A stretch of DNA of 64,000 nucleotides from an uncultured Proteiniphilum sp. (GTDB lineage: Bacteria > Bacteroidota > Bacteroidia > Bacteroidales > Dysgonomonadaceae). Position 1 is the stretch's first letter; every line of letters begins with the position of its first letter. The notes under the pieces were generated by a model. That model had not been told where the DNA came from and did no database searches. It saw only the letters and a list, made by a program, of their open reading frames with translations. The stretch is taken from NCBI GenBank assembly GCA_964622945.1, contig CAZURM010000001.1:71062-135061 (forward strand), read 5' to 3'. Made by a program: the position numbers and the translations under genes. This document shows positions 27,962 to 37,364 of the stretch, in pieces.

Positions 27962-27984
27962 CTCCTATATAAATCTTTTTATAC

Positions 27985-28497
27985 TTATTGTATTCCTAAA
28001 CGAGTCTTCACTTCCTGAGTAATATCAATTGCAGAAGGATTGGTATAAACAATCGGTGATTGCATATTTGATATATCAAAAATATAGGTATAATTGCTTG
28101 CTACTCCTATGGCTTGAATAGCATCATATATCTTTTGGTTAACTGGTCCAAGTAGCTGTTGTTGCAGCTGTTCTAATTCCTGCTGGCTGTTTTGTATGAA
28201 GAGTTGATATCTTTGTTCTATAGATTGCAATTGTGCCTGCTGATCCTGTCTTATTGCTTCAGATGAAGTCGCTGCTGCTGCTTCAAACTCGTCGAGCTTT
28301 TTGTTATATTCATCAGCTAAAGCTTGTCCATTTTTTGTTATTTGTTCTTGTTTATCATTAAGCTGTGTTTCTATACTGGATAGTTCAGGCATAGATGAAA
28401 ACACCTCTTGCGTGTTTATATACGCTAATTTCAAATCCTGTGCGACAAGTGCAATAGGAGCAAGTGCAATAATAAAGATTAATAATTTCTTTAACAT
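27985..28497 (-). CDS. ompH: OmpH/Skp-family periplasmic chaperone
   Basis: Signal peptide MLKKLLIFIIALAPIALVAQ and a coiled-coil Gln-rich body. Start re-set from TTG 28542 to ATG 28497. Confidence 0.8.
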   Translation of the reverse strand: MLKKLLIFIIALAPIALVAQDLKLAYINTQEVFSSMPELSSIETQLNDKQEQITKNGQALADEYNKKLDEFEAAAATSSEAIRQDQQAQLQSIEQRYQLFIQNSQQELEQLQQQLLGPVNQKIYDAIQAIGVASNYTYIFDISNMQSPIVYTNPSAIDITQEVKTRLGIQ

Positions 28498-28553
28498 GAT
28501 TACTGTTTTATAATTTATAATTAATGATTTCTGATGATTCAAAAAATTGGATA

Positions 28554-28561
28554 CAAAGATA
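28554..28561 (-). promoter_or_regulatory. Candidate internal -7 box (TATCTTTG on minus strand) upstream of the second ompH
   Basis: The + strand reads CAAAGATA, in the 30-nt gap between the two ompH genes. Confidence 0.35.
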
Positions 28562-28572
28562 GCTATAAAATC

Positions 28573-29085
28573 CTAATAGACTAACCTTGAAAGGACTTCG
28601 TCGCTAATGTCAATTTCTGGTGATGCAAATATAATTGAAGTGGCAGATGCTCTATCAATAACCACAACGTAGCCGGAATTAGTTGATATATCTTTGACAG
28701 CTTCGTAAATATTATCCTGAATTGGCTTAATCAGCCTCTCTTGATTTTTAAATAATTCTCCATCAGGACCAAAATATTGATTCCGAAGATCCTGAATTGT
28801 ATTTTCTTTTGTAACGATTTCATTTTCTCGCTTGGTTTTCTCTTCACCAGATAGGAAACTTAGGTCTGCCTGATATTTTTTATACATAGCATCAACCTCT
28901 TCAACTTCTATGTCAACAATGCTTTGCCACTCTTTAGATAGAGCCTCCAATTGATCGTTTGCACTTTCATATGATGGAATCCTGTTTAGAATGTACTCCA
29001 TGTCAATTAGAGCATATTGCTGAGCAACACTACTACTAATACTTAGCACTATAAATAAGCCTATAAATAAAACTATTTTCTTCAT
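28573..29085 (-). CDS. ompH: OmpH/Skp-family periplasmic chaperone
   Basis: Signal peptide and coiled-coil body. Lies directly downstream of bamA. Confidence 0.8.
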   Translation of the reverse strand: MKKIVLFIGLFIVLSISSSVAQQYALIDMEYILNRIPSYESANDQLEALSKEWQSIVDIEVEEVDAMYKKYQADLSFLSGEEKTKRENEIVTKENTIQDLRNQYFGPDGELFKNQERLIKPIQDNIYEAVKDISTNSGYVVVIDRASATSIIFASPEIDISDEVLSRLVY

Positions 29086-29168
29086 ATCTTGTTTTTTTAA
29101 TCTGTTTTATAATGACAGTCAAAATACTAAAACGTTTACAGGACTCTTTGTAATTTATGTTAAAAGCG

Positions 29169-31868
29169 TTAAAACTCTTGCCCTATAATGAAGTGGAACT
29201 GGCTGCCTCCTTTGTTTCTGTAGCCTGTAGAACCATAAACAGTATCAAATCCATATGCCCAATCAATCCCCATTAATCCAATCATAGGTAAAAATATTCT
29301 TACTCCTACGCCAGCAGAACGTTTTAGGTCGAAAGGATTTATCTCCTTCAAACTCATCCATGCATTTCCTGCTTCTAAAAAACCAACTCCGTAAATAGTA
29401 GTATTTGATTCAAGAATAAATGGGTATCGTAGCTCCAATCCCAAACGCGTGTATGCTCTTGCTTGGGTAGCTATAGAGTTGTTTTCGTATCCTCTTAGAG
29501 CTACTGTTTCTGTAGCAAAACTGCTTGTATAACCAGTCATTCCGTCTCCACCCACATCAAAAGTTTCAAAAGATGTTAGCTTATCTTTGTTATAGTGACC
29601 AAGGACTCCAAATTCTGCTCTAGTCGCAATTACCGGAGTTCTTATTATTGTTAATGGTGTTAGAGATGTATAGGTACGCATCTTCAATTTCCATTTATGA
29701 TATTCATTCCATCTGTGTTTATCAGGATTGCTATCTTCCATTTTGCTATAATCTTTACCATCCCACAATGAGAATGGGGGAGTAGCACTTACACTAAATG
29801 AGAATTCAGAGCCCGTTCTGGTATAAGTTGGATTATCTATAGAGGTGCGGGATAAGTTTAATCCAAGAGTAACACTATTGCTCACTCCTGTTGAAAAGGT
29901 GAATCGATTATAAGTCCAATTTTTCAATTCATATCGCTGAAATCCAATACTTCCCATTAATTGAAAATAATCATCAGGCCACTCAAGGCTTTTACCATAA
30001 TCAATAGATGTACCAAGAATATTAAACACCTGATCAGGGTCTTGAGAATATTCTGCCATATCTTGATACATATAATTGCTACCATATCCACCATAACCTG
30101 GATAACCTCCATATCCGCCGTAACCTCCATAACTTCCATAACCTGGATAACCTCCATAGCCATAGGAATAGGAACCTGCATTTCTTTGGTAAAATTCACT
30201 GTTTAGTCCTGTATATCGTGAATAATATGCATTTACAGAGAAATAATTAGGTCTTTTACCTCCAAACCATGGTTCAATAAATTGAAATTGATAAGATTGG
30301 TAATATTGTCCGTTTGTTTGTGCACTTAACACCAGTGTTTGTCCATCACCCTGGGGAATTATGCCTCTATGCATTGATGGGTTTAGCATATTTCTAAGAG
30401 AAAAGTTGTTTAGGCGAAGACTAAGTTTTCCAACAAGTCCAGTTACACCCCAACCAGCAGAAAATTCTATCTGATCATTTCCTTTTGATGTTAAAGGATA
30501 TGTAATATCAACTGTTCCATCTTCAGGGTTAGGATTAATACCTTGACCAATATCAGCTGAAAGAGCTTCAGGGTCGAAATGTCCTGTTTGTGCTATTTCA
30601 CGTACAGATCTTAACAAATCATTTTTACTGAAAACGGCACCTGGTTTTGTTCTTAATTCGCGACGAATCACATCCTCGTAAAGACGGTCGTTACCTTGTA
30701 TAATAATACGTTTAATTGTTGCTTTTGGTCCTTCAATAACACGTAACTCTAAATCAATTGAATCGTTTTCGATGTTAATTTCAATCGGGTCTATATTAGA
30801 GAATAAGTAGCCGTTGTTTTGATAAAGATTTATTACCGCATCTTCATCCATAATAAGTCTTTCTTCCAGCTTCTTCTGATTATATATATCTCCTGAAGTC
30901 ATATTAAGTAGCTGAGAAAGTTGAGCAGATGGGTATTGAGTATTACCCACCCAGTTAATGGAACGTATATGATAAAGAGGTCCTTCTTCTAGGAGAATTT
31001 CTATATTTACTGTTTTTTCATCATACTTAAATACAGTGTCTCTTAGAATTTCAGCATCGCGATAACCTTCCTCATGATACTTTACAATAAGATTTATTTT
31101 ATCTTCTTCATATAGTTCTTCAACAAACTTTTTACCTCGGAAGATATTCCATAGTTTTCCTTTCTCATTAGTTTTTTTCATCGCTCTCTTTAATGTTCTG
31201 TCTGAGAGAGACGTATTACCCTCGATAGTTATATTGTTAACCTTAAGTTTCTCTTTCTTATCTACAGCAACTTCAAGAATTATCTGATTTTCACCTGTAG
31301 CATCAGGATGCTGTATAAGTCTTACCTCTGCATCACCAAACCCTTTTTCATCGAAATAGTTTTTTATTAATATCTCTGCTCTTGCAATTTGAGGTGGTGT
31401 AATCTGATTCCCTTTAACAAATCCTACTCTTGTTTCAATATCACTCTGTTCACTTCTTTTCATTCCAGTATATCGGATATCTGATACCCTTGGCCGATCT
31501 GTCAACTGAACTTCTAACCATACACTATCCCCTTCAATTTTATTTTGTAGGATTTTAACATCAGAAAAAAGACCTTGTCTCCAAAATCTTTTAAGAGCAT
31601 TTGTTATTTCTTCACCTGGGATTTGAATTTCCTGTCCTATTGATAAACCCGCAAAGTTTATAAGCACGAATTCCTGTCCGGCATACATGGTTTCTTCTAC
31701 CCCGGTTACAATAATATCTGCAATATAATAGGTTTTAGGAGAAGTAGTATAGTTCACAGTCAGATCGTTCGACTCAATTTGTGGTATTGAATCGTTAGAT
31801 TGAGCCAATAATAATGTCTGTGAAAGTATTATTAATAGCAAAAGTAAATTGAATATTCTCTTCAACAT
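29169..31868 (-). CDS. bamA: Outer membrane protein assembly factor BamA (Omp85)
   Basis: 899 aa. POTRA repeats, a C-terminal beta-barrel with an LRGYENNSI (VRGY/F-like) loop motif, and a terminal IIGQEF. Confidence 0.95.
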   Translation of the reverse strand: MLKRIFNLLLLLIILSQTLLLAQSNDSIPQIESNDLTVNYTTSPKTYYIADIIVTGVEETMYAGQEFVLINFAGLSIGQEIQIPGEEITNALKRFWRQGLFSDVKILQNKIEGDSVWLEVQLTDRPRVSDIRYTGMKRSEQSDIETRVGFVKGNQITPPQIARAEILIKNYFDEKGFGDAEVRLIQHPDATGENQIILEVAVDKKEKLKVNNITIEGNTSLSDRTLKRAMKKTNEKGKLWNIFRGKKFVEELYEEDKINLIVKYHEEGYRDAEILRDTVFKYDEKTVNIEILLEEGPLYHIRSINWVGNTQYPSAQLSQLLNMTSGDIYNQKKLEERLIMDEDAVINLYQNNGYLFSNIDPIEINIENDSIDLELRVIEGPKATIKRIIIQGNDRLYEDVIRRELRTKPGAVFSKNDLLRSVREIAQTGHFDPEALSADIGQGINPNPEDGTVDITYPLTSKGNDQIEFSAGWGVTGLVGKLSLRLNNFSLRNMLNPSMHRGIIPQGDGQTLVLSAQTNGQYYQSYQFQFIEPWFGGKRPNYFSVNAYYSRYTGLNSEFYQRNAGSYSYGYGGYPGYGSYGGYGGYGGYPGYGGYGSNYMYQDMAEYSQDPDQVFNILGTSIDYGKSLEWPDDYFQLMGSIGFQRYELKNWTYNRFTFSTGVSNSVTLGLNLSRTSIDNPTYTRTGSEFSFSVSATPPFSLWDGKDYSKMEDSNPDKHRWNEYHKWKLKMRTYTSLTPLTIIRTPVIATRAEFGVLGHYNKDKLTSFETFDVGGDGMTGYTSSFATETVALRGYENNSIATQARAYTRLGLELRYPFILESNTTIYGVGFLEAGNAWMSLKEINPFDLKRSAGVGVRIFLPMIGLMGIDWAYGFDTVYGSTGYRNKGGSQFHFIIGQEF
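30070..30175 (-). repeat. Imperfect tandem GGN-TAY codon repeat encoding a Gly/Tyr tract within bamA
   Basis: Encodes SYSYGYGGYPGYGSYGGYGGYGGYPGYGGYGSNY. The + strand shows reiterated ccataacc/ccatatcc units. Confidence 0.85.
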
Positions 31869-31893
31869 TATGATATTTTCTTTTCTCTTACTT

Positions 31894-32664
31894 TTATTTA
31901 TTAGGTTTAGGTTCTATATGCGGAGGTTCTACCTGTTCAGTAATTTTACCGTATCTCCTCTCACGACCCTGATAATCTATAATTGCTTCATACAGTTCTT
32001 TTTCATCAAAATCAGGCCAGTAAACTTCAGTAAAGTAAAATTCCGTATAAGCACATTGCCAAAACATGAAATTACTTATTCGCTGTTCACCTCCTGTTCG
32101 AATTAATAAATCAGGATCGGGTATTCCACTAGTTGTAAGATACATGCCTATGGTTTCTTCACAAATATCTTCTTTATTTAAAACTCCACTAATAACATCA
32201 TCTGTAATTCTTTTAGTTGCCTCAGTAATCTCCCACTTTGACGAATAACTTAATGCGATATTTAGTGTAATACGTGTTCCTGTTTCTGTTTGACGTATAC
32301 ACTCTTTGAGTGCAGAACGAGCATATTTCGGCAATCTGTTCATATCACCCATACAGATAATTCTAACACCGTTTTTTTTAAGTGCTTCAGTCTCTTCACT
32401 TATGGCATAAACCAAAAGATCCATAAGTCCATTAACTTCTTCAATCGGGCGACTCCAGTTTTCAGTAGAAAAGGCATATAGTGTCAGATATTGTACTGAT
32501 ACTCTGGAAGCGGCTTCTAACACACGGTTTATAGCTCTGACTCCCTCTTTATGTCCCTCTCCTCTTTCTAATCCTTTACTTGTTGCCCATCTTCCATTTC
32601 CATCCATTATAATAGCAATATGAACTGGAAGGCGGTTATGATCTATATAGTCTAATAATGACAT
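31894..32664 (-). CDS. uppS: Undecaprenyl diphosphate synthase (isoprenyl transferase)
   Basis: HIAIIMDGNGRWA motif. 256 aa. Confidence 0.95.
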   Translation of the reverse strand: MSLLDYIDHNRLPVHIAIIMDGNGRWATSKGLERGEGHKEGVRAINRVLEAASRVSVQYLTLYAFSTENWSRPIEEVNGLMDLLVYAISEETEALKKNGVRIICMGDMNRLPKYARSALKECIRQTETGTRITLNIALSYSSKWEITEATKRITDDVISGVLNKEDICEETIGMYLTTSGIPDPDLLIRTGGEQRISNFMFWQCAYTEFYFTEVYWPDFDEKELYEAIIDYQGRERRYGKITEQVEPPHIEPKPNK

Positions 32665-32682
32665 TTTATAACGGCTATATTG

Positions 32683-33393
32683 TTACATTCCATGACAAGG
32701 GTCAGTACGTAAACCGAATTCCCAAGTCAGAAAAATCATAGTTAAAGAATACCAATCTTGATTCTTAAGCAAACTACTTTTAATATTGTATGGATTATCC
32801 ATGTCATCTAAGTTATCTGCAAAAAGTTTTCTCATTGAAAACTCGATTCCTATATTTATTTTGTTTCTTACTTTATATTTAAATCCAATTCCTAATGGCA
32901 TGTTGATACCAAAAAAATCACTTTCATCTGATACATGCGTTACTCCTACTCCTGTAAAAACATATGGCGAATAAGTTTTTGTTCCAATAAAAGAATATTT
33001 ATCACTATAGGGTAAAAAATTAAATTCGACCTGTGTCCCCAGTTCCGTGAAAGTTCGTTTAAAAATTACATTTTGATCATAAGGAAAAATATTGCCAGAT
33101 TCCTCACTGTTTCCTGAAACTTTGCCTACAAGAAAATTAGCTCTTATTGCCCAATGAAAGTTGATGTTATATTTAAACAATGCACCTCCTGAAATTTGTG
33201 GGTGTAAATATAATTTAGTTTTGTTGGCATCACCCATATAAAAAGAGGTGCCAGTTGTTCCACCCACCTCATAAATATACTCCTGAGACATTGTTTTCAC
33301 CGAAAAGGTTAGCCCCGCAACCAATAATATTAGGTATAATAAAAACTTCTTTTCACAGTTTCTCATATCAATTTCTGATTTGCTTATATACAA
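32683..33393 (-). CDS. Outer-membrane beta-barrel-like protein (DUF6089-like), first gene of the uppS-bamA operon
   Basis: Signal peptide and alternating aromatic/Gly strands. This position upstream of uppS is conserved, as I recall for Bacteroidota. An alternative start is ATG 33366. Confidence 0.55.
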   Translation of the reverse strand: MYISKSEIDMRNCEKKFLLYLILLVAGLTFSVKTMSQEYIYEVGGTTGTSFYMGDANKTKLYLHPQISGGALFKYNINFHWAIRANFLVGKVSGNSEESGNIFPYDQNVIFKRTFTELGTQVEFNFLPYSDKYSFIGTKTYSPYVFTGVGVTHVSDESDFFGINMPLGIGFKYKVRNKINIGIEFSMRKLFADNLDDMDNPYNIKSSLLKNQDWYSLTMIFLTWEFGLRTDPCHGM

Positions 33394-33442
33394 TGTAAAC
33401 GCAAAACGAGATGATAAAGTATTATGAAAAGGAATAATTCTT

Positions 33443-34798
33443 TTAGTTTAAATCAAACTTATTAAGCCGTCCTTTCCAGACATCCACAATTTGGTTTTGA
33501 GCCTGAGATACTCCGCCGAATATCCATATATTATTATTATCGGTAATTACCGATGCATTTTTTCTATAATCAAAATTGGATGGAAGAGCTTGATTTTGGT
33601 CTGTATACTCCCATTCAGCTCCATTATTTTTAGAATAAATAAAACTGTTTCCTTCTGATGAAAATAACAAAATATATGGCTTCTCATCATAGAAAAAAAT
33701 CGTACTGCCATCTAATGAAATAGGATTCGTTTTTTTTGATTTTAAAGCAGTTATAATACCATCTTTCTCCTGTATAATCCATATATCATTATTATATGAA
33801 TTATTAGCTTTAACTCCACCTGCTATAGAGATATATTTGACTGCGTATGTAGTTTTACTTTCAATTTGAGATGTAGAAAAGTTTTTTGAGGGAAGATCAA
33901 TCGGACTGCTAAAGGCATCCATTTCCATTATATGTATAGTAGAGAAATCATCAGTCTCAGCAATTTTATATGTATCATTGTCATTTACCATTACAAGAAT
34001 ATCTCCTTTTGTTGCAGAAGGTAGTATCCCATAGATAGCTATAATTGGATAATCTGTTGCAACCTGAATCCATGAATAACCATTGGATGATCTAAATAAT
34101 CTGTTGTTTTCATCAATAAGGAACAGTGCATTTTTTGAAATAGTAAGAGATGATAATATTACTGTTGGAGGTAGTTCCGATAGTTCTGTCGATATCCAGT
34201 TCACCCCATCGTCTAATGGAGAAGATGTGGCAGTAACTTTACCATTTAAAAGGTTATAGGTTATAAATCGATTGTTAAAAGCTATAGTTTTTTGTTGTTC
34301 AATTCCCTGTGGTAAATAGCTTTCTGAAATTTTTTCCCAAGATAAAACAGATGGGTCCTTTTCATATATATTTAGCTGAAACAGATAAGTCTTTTCATTT
34401 TCACCATTGGGAGAAGTAGTGGTAATACTTTTTAATAATGAAAAGTCAATCGAGTCGGACTGTGTCCAGAGAAATGTACTATCGTTAGAAAGTTGTATGG
34501 ATACACTTGAAAAGGGATCTAAAGTAATTGAACCTGCGATGCTTAGAGCTATGCTATCTACATGAAACTGAAAGGGTAGTGGGTTCTTGTTGAATATCCT
34601 ATTATTTATCTGATCAATTGTAAATTTTGTCGCTGTCAATACACTTAAGCTGTCTGTTTTTGATGACATTGAAAATGAATATATTTGCGCATCAGGAGAA
34701 TACTCTAATTCTATGTCATTGGAAGACCCTAAACAAGAAAAGAACAATAACAAATTCATGAAAAGAATAGAAGTCCAGAGAATTTTTTTAGATATCAT
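33443..34798 (-). CDS. Lipoprotein with degenerate Asp-box (BNR) beta-propeller repeats
   Basis: Lipobox LLLFFSC. Three SxDxGxxW-like motifs (DDGVNWIS, SSNGYSWIQ, SKNNGAEWEY). Start re-set because the track start (TTG 34837) is inside a promoter box. Confidence 0.6.
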   Translation of the reverse strand: MISKKILWTSILFMNLLLFFSCLGSSNDIELEYSPDAQIYSFSMSSKTDSLSVLTATKFTIDQINNRIFNKNPLPFQFHVDSIALSIAGSITLDPFSSVSIQLSNDSTFLWTQSDSIDFSLLKSITTTSPNGENEKTYLFQLNIYEKDPSVLSWEKISESYLPQGIEQQKTIAFNNRFITYNLLNGKVTATSSPLDDGVNWISTELSELPPTVILSSLTISKNALFLIDENNRLFRSSNGYSWIQVATDYPIIAIYGILPSATKGDILVMVNDNDTYKIAETDDFSTIHIMEMDAFSSPIDLPSKNFSTSQIESKTTYAVKYISIAGGVKANNSYNNDIWIIQEKDGIITALKSKKTNPISLDGSTIFFYDEKPYILLFSSEGNSFIYSKNNGAEWEYTDQNQALPSNFDYRKNASVITDNNNIWIFGGVSQAQNQIVDVWKGRLNKFDLN

Positions 34799-34834
34799 TT
34801 GTTTCAAAAATATTGTACACCACATTAAGTTGTG

Positions 34835-34842
34835 CAAAAGTA
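34835..34842 (-). promoter_or_regulatory. Candidate -7 promoter box (TACTTTTG on minus strand) for the propeller lipoprotein gene
   Basis: The + strand reads CAAAAGTA. The box lies 36 nt upstream of ATG 34798. Confidence 0.5.
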
Positions 34843-34879
34843 GGAAGATTTTTCTCTTTAACCATATTATAATGAATAT

Positions 34880-35950
34880 TTAAAGAAAATTTCGAGATAT
34901 TTCACTCTTTAAATAATACTGAGTTGAGTTTAGATATCTTTTATTGCTTATTAAATGACCAGTTATTTCTGGAGACTTAACACCTTGACATAATTGTTTA
35001 TCAGAAACTTCAATGTATGCTTCATCCCAAAGTTTTTTTTCTATAAATGACGTTAATAGTTTAGACCCTCCTTCCACCATTAGTGAATAAATTTTTTCTT
35101 TGTAAAGGTGACTCAGTATAAGCTTGTTAGAGTCTTTAGAAAAATCAATCTTTATGAACTTGATATTGTCAGTTTTTTTTATATTATTCTGAGTCGATGC
35201 TGTAAAAACAATAGTTGGTACAGTGCCGTCAAATAATGAACTATCTATTGGAATTTTATTGTCTTTATCAATAACAATTCTTGTGGGATTGTCGCCGAAC
35301 CATTTCCTGGCTGTAAGTTTTGGGTTATCAAGAATTGCAGTATTAGTACCGACCAGTATACCCTGAATTTGAGTCCTAAACTTGTGTACTATACTACTAG
35401 TAAGCTTATTTGATATAATAGATGGAGGCTTATTATCATTAGGTTTTCTAATGAGATCTATAAAACCATCTTTACTTTGAGCCCATTTTAATATTACAAA
35501 AGGTCTGGAATATAATTGATTAACAAAGAAGAAACGATTTATTTCAAGAGCCTCTTCTTTAAGTATTTCTTCTTTAACCTCAACACCATTATTGAGTAAT
35601 ATATCAACACCTTTCCCTGCAACTTTTGGGTTAGGGTCTCTTGAAGCAATAACTATTCGAGGTATTTTTTTTGATATAATTAACTCTGTGCATGGAGGTG
35701 TTTTTCCTTGGTAGGCACAAGGTTCAAGCGAAATATACATCGTGGATTCCTGTAATAGCGACTGATCCTTAACTGAGTTTATAGCATTAACTTCTGCATG
35801 AGCTTCACCAAATTGCCTGTGATACCCTTCACCAATTATTTTATTTTTATGCACTATCACAGCTCCTACCATTGGATTGGATTTTGTAAAACCCTCACCT
35901 TTACGTGCCAAAAAAAGGCATCTTTGCATATAAGTCGGATTCAGCTCCAT
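34880..35950 (-). CDS. ribD: Bifunctional riboflavin biosynthesis protein RibD (deaminase/reductase)
   Basis: CDA zinc motifs HAEVNA and PCAYQGKTPPC, plus a C-terminal reductase domain. Confidence 0.94.
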   Translation of the reverse strand: MELNPTYMQRCLFLARKGEGFTKSNPMVGAVIVHKNKIIGEGYHRQFGEAHAEVNAINSVKDQSLLQESTMYISLEPCAYQGKTPPCTELIISKKIPRIVIASRDPNPKVAGKGVDILLNNGVEVKEEILKEEALEINRFFFVNQLYSRPFVILKWAQSKDGFIDLIRKPNDNKPPSIISNKLTSSIVHKFRTQIQGILVGTNTAILDNPKLTARKWFGDNPTRIVIDKDNKIPIDSSLFDGTVPTIVFTASTQNNIKKTDNIKFIKIDFSKDSNKLILSHLYKEKIYSLMVEGGSKLLTSFIEKKLWDEAYIEVSDKQLCQGVKSPEITGHLISNKRYLNSTQYYLKSEISRNFL

Positions 35951-35957
35951 TTTTTTG

Positions 35958-35965
35958 TACCTTTG
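35958..35965 (+). promoter_or_regulatory. Candidate -7 promoter box (TACCTTTG) for prmC-recX-comF
   Basis: Exact match 21 nt upstream of ATG 35987, within the 36-nt ribD/prmC divergent gap. Confidence 0.5.
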
Positions 35966-35986
35966 TTGTTTTCAACCATTAATTCT

Positions 35987-36859
35987 ATGCAACAACATCT
36001 TATTAATAATATTCGTCGTGAGTTGGAAGATCAATACACTTATTCAGAGCTGTCTACACTTGTTCGAATTATTTTGGAAGAAGTGTTTAGTATTGGTTAT
36101 ACTGAAATTAATTCAGACAAAATTAATAATTTATCGCCATCAATGCTAAACAAAGTTGAGGATATTGTAAGCAGATTGAAAAAAAATGAACCGATACAAT
36201 ATATTTTAGGTAAAACTGAGTTTTATGGACTTAATTTTACGATTACTCCGAATGTACTTATTCCAAGACCTGAAACTGAAGAGCTTGTCGAGTGGATTAT
36301 AACTGAAATATCTAATGAAAAATCTAACATACTTGATATTGGAACAGGAAGCGGTTGTATAGCAGTAACTTTAGCTAAGAAACTTCCAGATTCTAAGGTT
36401 CATGCATGGGATATTTCTAAAGATGCTTTGAAAGTTGCCATGAATAACGCAAGATTAAATAATGTTACAGTTAATTTTAGTCAACAGGATGTTTTGGCTC
36501 TAAAAGTCAAACAGGATGTCTTAGGAGCTGAAAAGTTTGATATAATAGTTAGTAATCCCCCTTATGTGGTGGAGTCTGAAAAAGCCACTATGGATGAAAA
36601 TGTTCTCCGTTATGAACCACACAAAGCTCTGTTTGTACCCAACGATAACCCTCTTCTTTTTTATGAAAAAATTATAAATATTGCACTATTTCTACTTAAA
36701 GATAATGGAGAATTATATTTTGAAATAAATAGATCTTATGGAGAACAACTTAGTCAAATACTTTTCAATAAAAGATTTAAATCAATTGAACTACGAAAAG
36801 ATATTTCTGGTAATTTTAGAATGATTAAAGGAGTAAAAAAAGCAAAATTATCAATTTAA
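35987..36859 (+). CDS. prmC: Peptide chain release factor N5-glutamine methyltransferase
   Basis: NPPY motif (VSNPPYV) and SAM loop LDIGTGSGCI. The 63-aa N-terminal extension in the ORF track overlaps ribD and is rejected. Confidence 0.9.
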   Translation: MQQHLINNIRRELEDQYTYSELSTLVRIILEEVFSIGYTEINSDKINNLSPSMLNKVEDIVSRLKKNEPIQYILGKTEFYGLNFTITPNVLIPRPETEELVEWIITEISNEKSNILDIGTGSGCIAVTLAKKLPDSKVHAWDISKDALKVAMNNARLNNVTVNFSQQDVLALKVKQDVLGAEKFDIIVSNPPYVVESEKATMDENVLRYEPHKALFVPNDNPLLFYEKIINIALFLLKDNGELYFEINRSYGEQLSQILFNKRFKSIELRKDISGNFRMIKGVKKAKLSI

Positions 36860-36869
36860 ACAGCTTATC

Positions 36870-37364
36870 ATGAATAAACAGTATAAGGTAATTTCTGAGG
36901 AACAAGCTTTCTCTCGAATGGCGCGACTATGTTCACAAAAAGAGTATTGTAGTTTTGATGTATCTCAGAAACTATTTAAACTAAATTTACAAGCTGAGGA
37001 AATTGAAAGTATATTGAATAGTCTAATAGAAAAAAACTTTATCAACAATGAACGATTTGTCAGAAGTTATATAAGCGACAAGCTTAAGTTTAACAAATGG
37101 GGGAAAAAGAAAATAGAGCTAGCATTAAGACAAAAAAAAATACCTTATGAAATAATTCAAAAAGTAATTAATGAGTATTCTGTCTTAGAGCTAAATATGT
37201 CTCTCGAATCTGTACTCGAGAAAAAATGGAGAGTGATTAAAGGCAAAACTGAAAATGATAAAAAGAACAAACTAATAAGATATGCTCTAGGAAGAGGATT
37301 TGAAATGAAAGAGATTATTTCATGTATGGAAAAATTGAATTTAAGCTGTAAAGATGAACATTAA
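36870..37364 (+). CDS. recX: Regulatory protein RecX
   Basis: 164-aa three-helical-repeat protein with the typical N-terminal MARLCSQKEYCSFDV pattern. Confidence 0.78.
   Translation: MNKQYKVISEEQAFSRMARLCSQKEYCSFDVSQKLFKLNLQAEEIESILNSLIEKNFINNERFVRSYISDKLKFNKWGKKKIELALRQKKIPYEIIQKVINEYSVLELNMSLESVLEKKWRVIKGKTENDKKNKLIRYALGRGFEMKEIISCMEKLNLSCKDEH

Noticed and set aside
29957-30206. Pair of 80-81-aa ORFs on both strands over the bamA Gly/Tyr repeat
   Set aside because: They are artefacts of the reiterated GGN-TAY repeat, which stays open in several frames. The BamA frame is continuous through the region.
35798-35986. 63-aa N-terminal extension of prmC overlapping ribD on the opposite strand
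   Set aside because: The extension has no similarity to PrmC N-termini. It overlaps 150 nt of ribD and lies upstream of the TACCTTTG promoter box (35958-35965). The ATG at 35987 gives a normal PrmC N-terminus.
35951-35986. Possible FMN riboswitch upstream of ribD
   Set aside because: Only 36 nt separate ribD from prmC, which is far too short for an FMN (RFN) element. No conserved RFN segments were seen.
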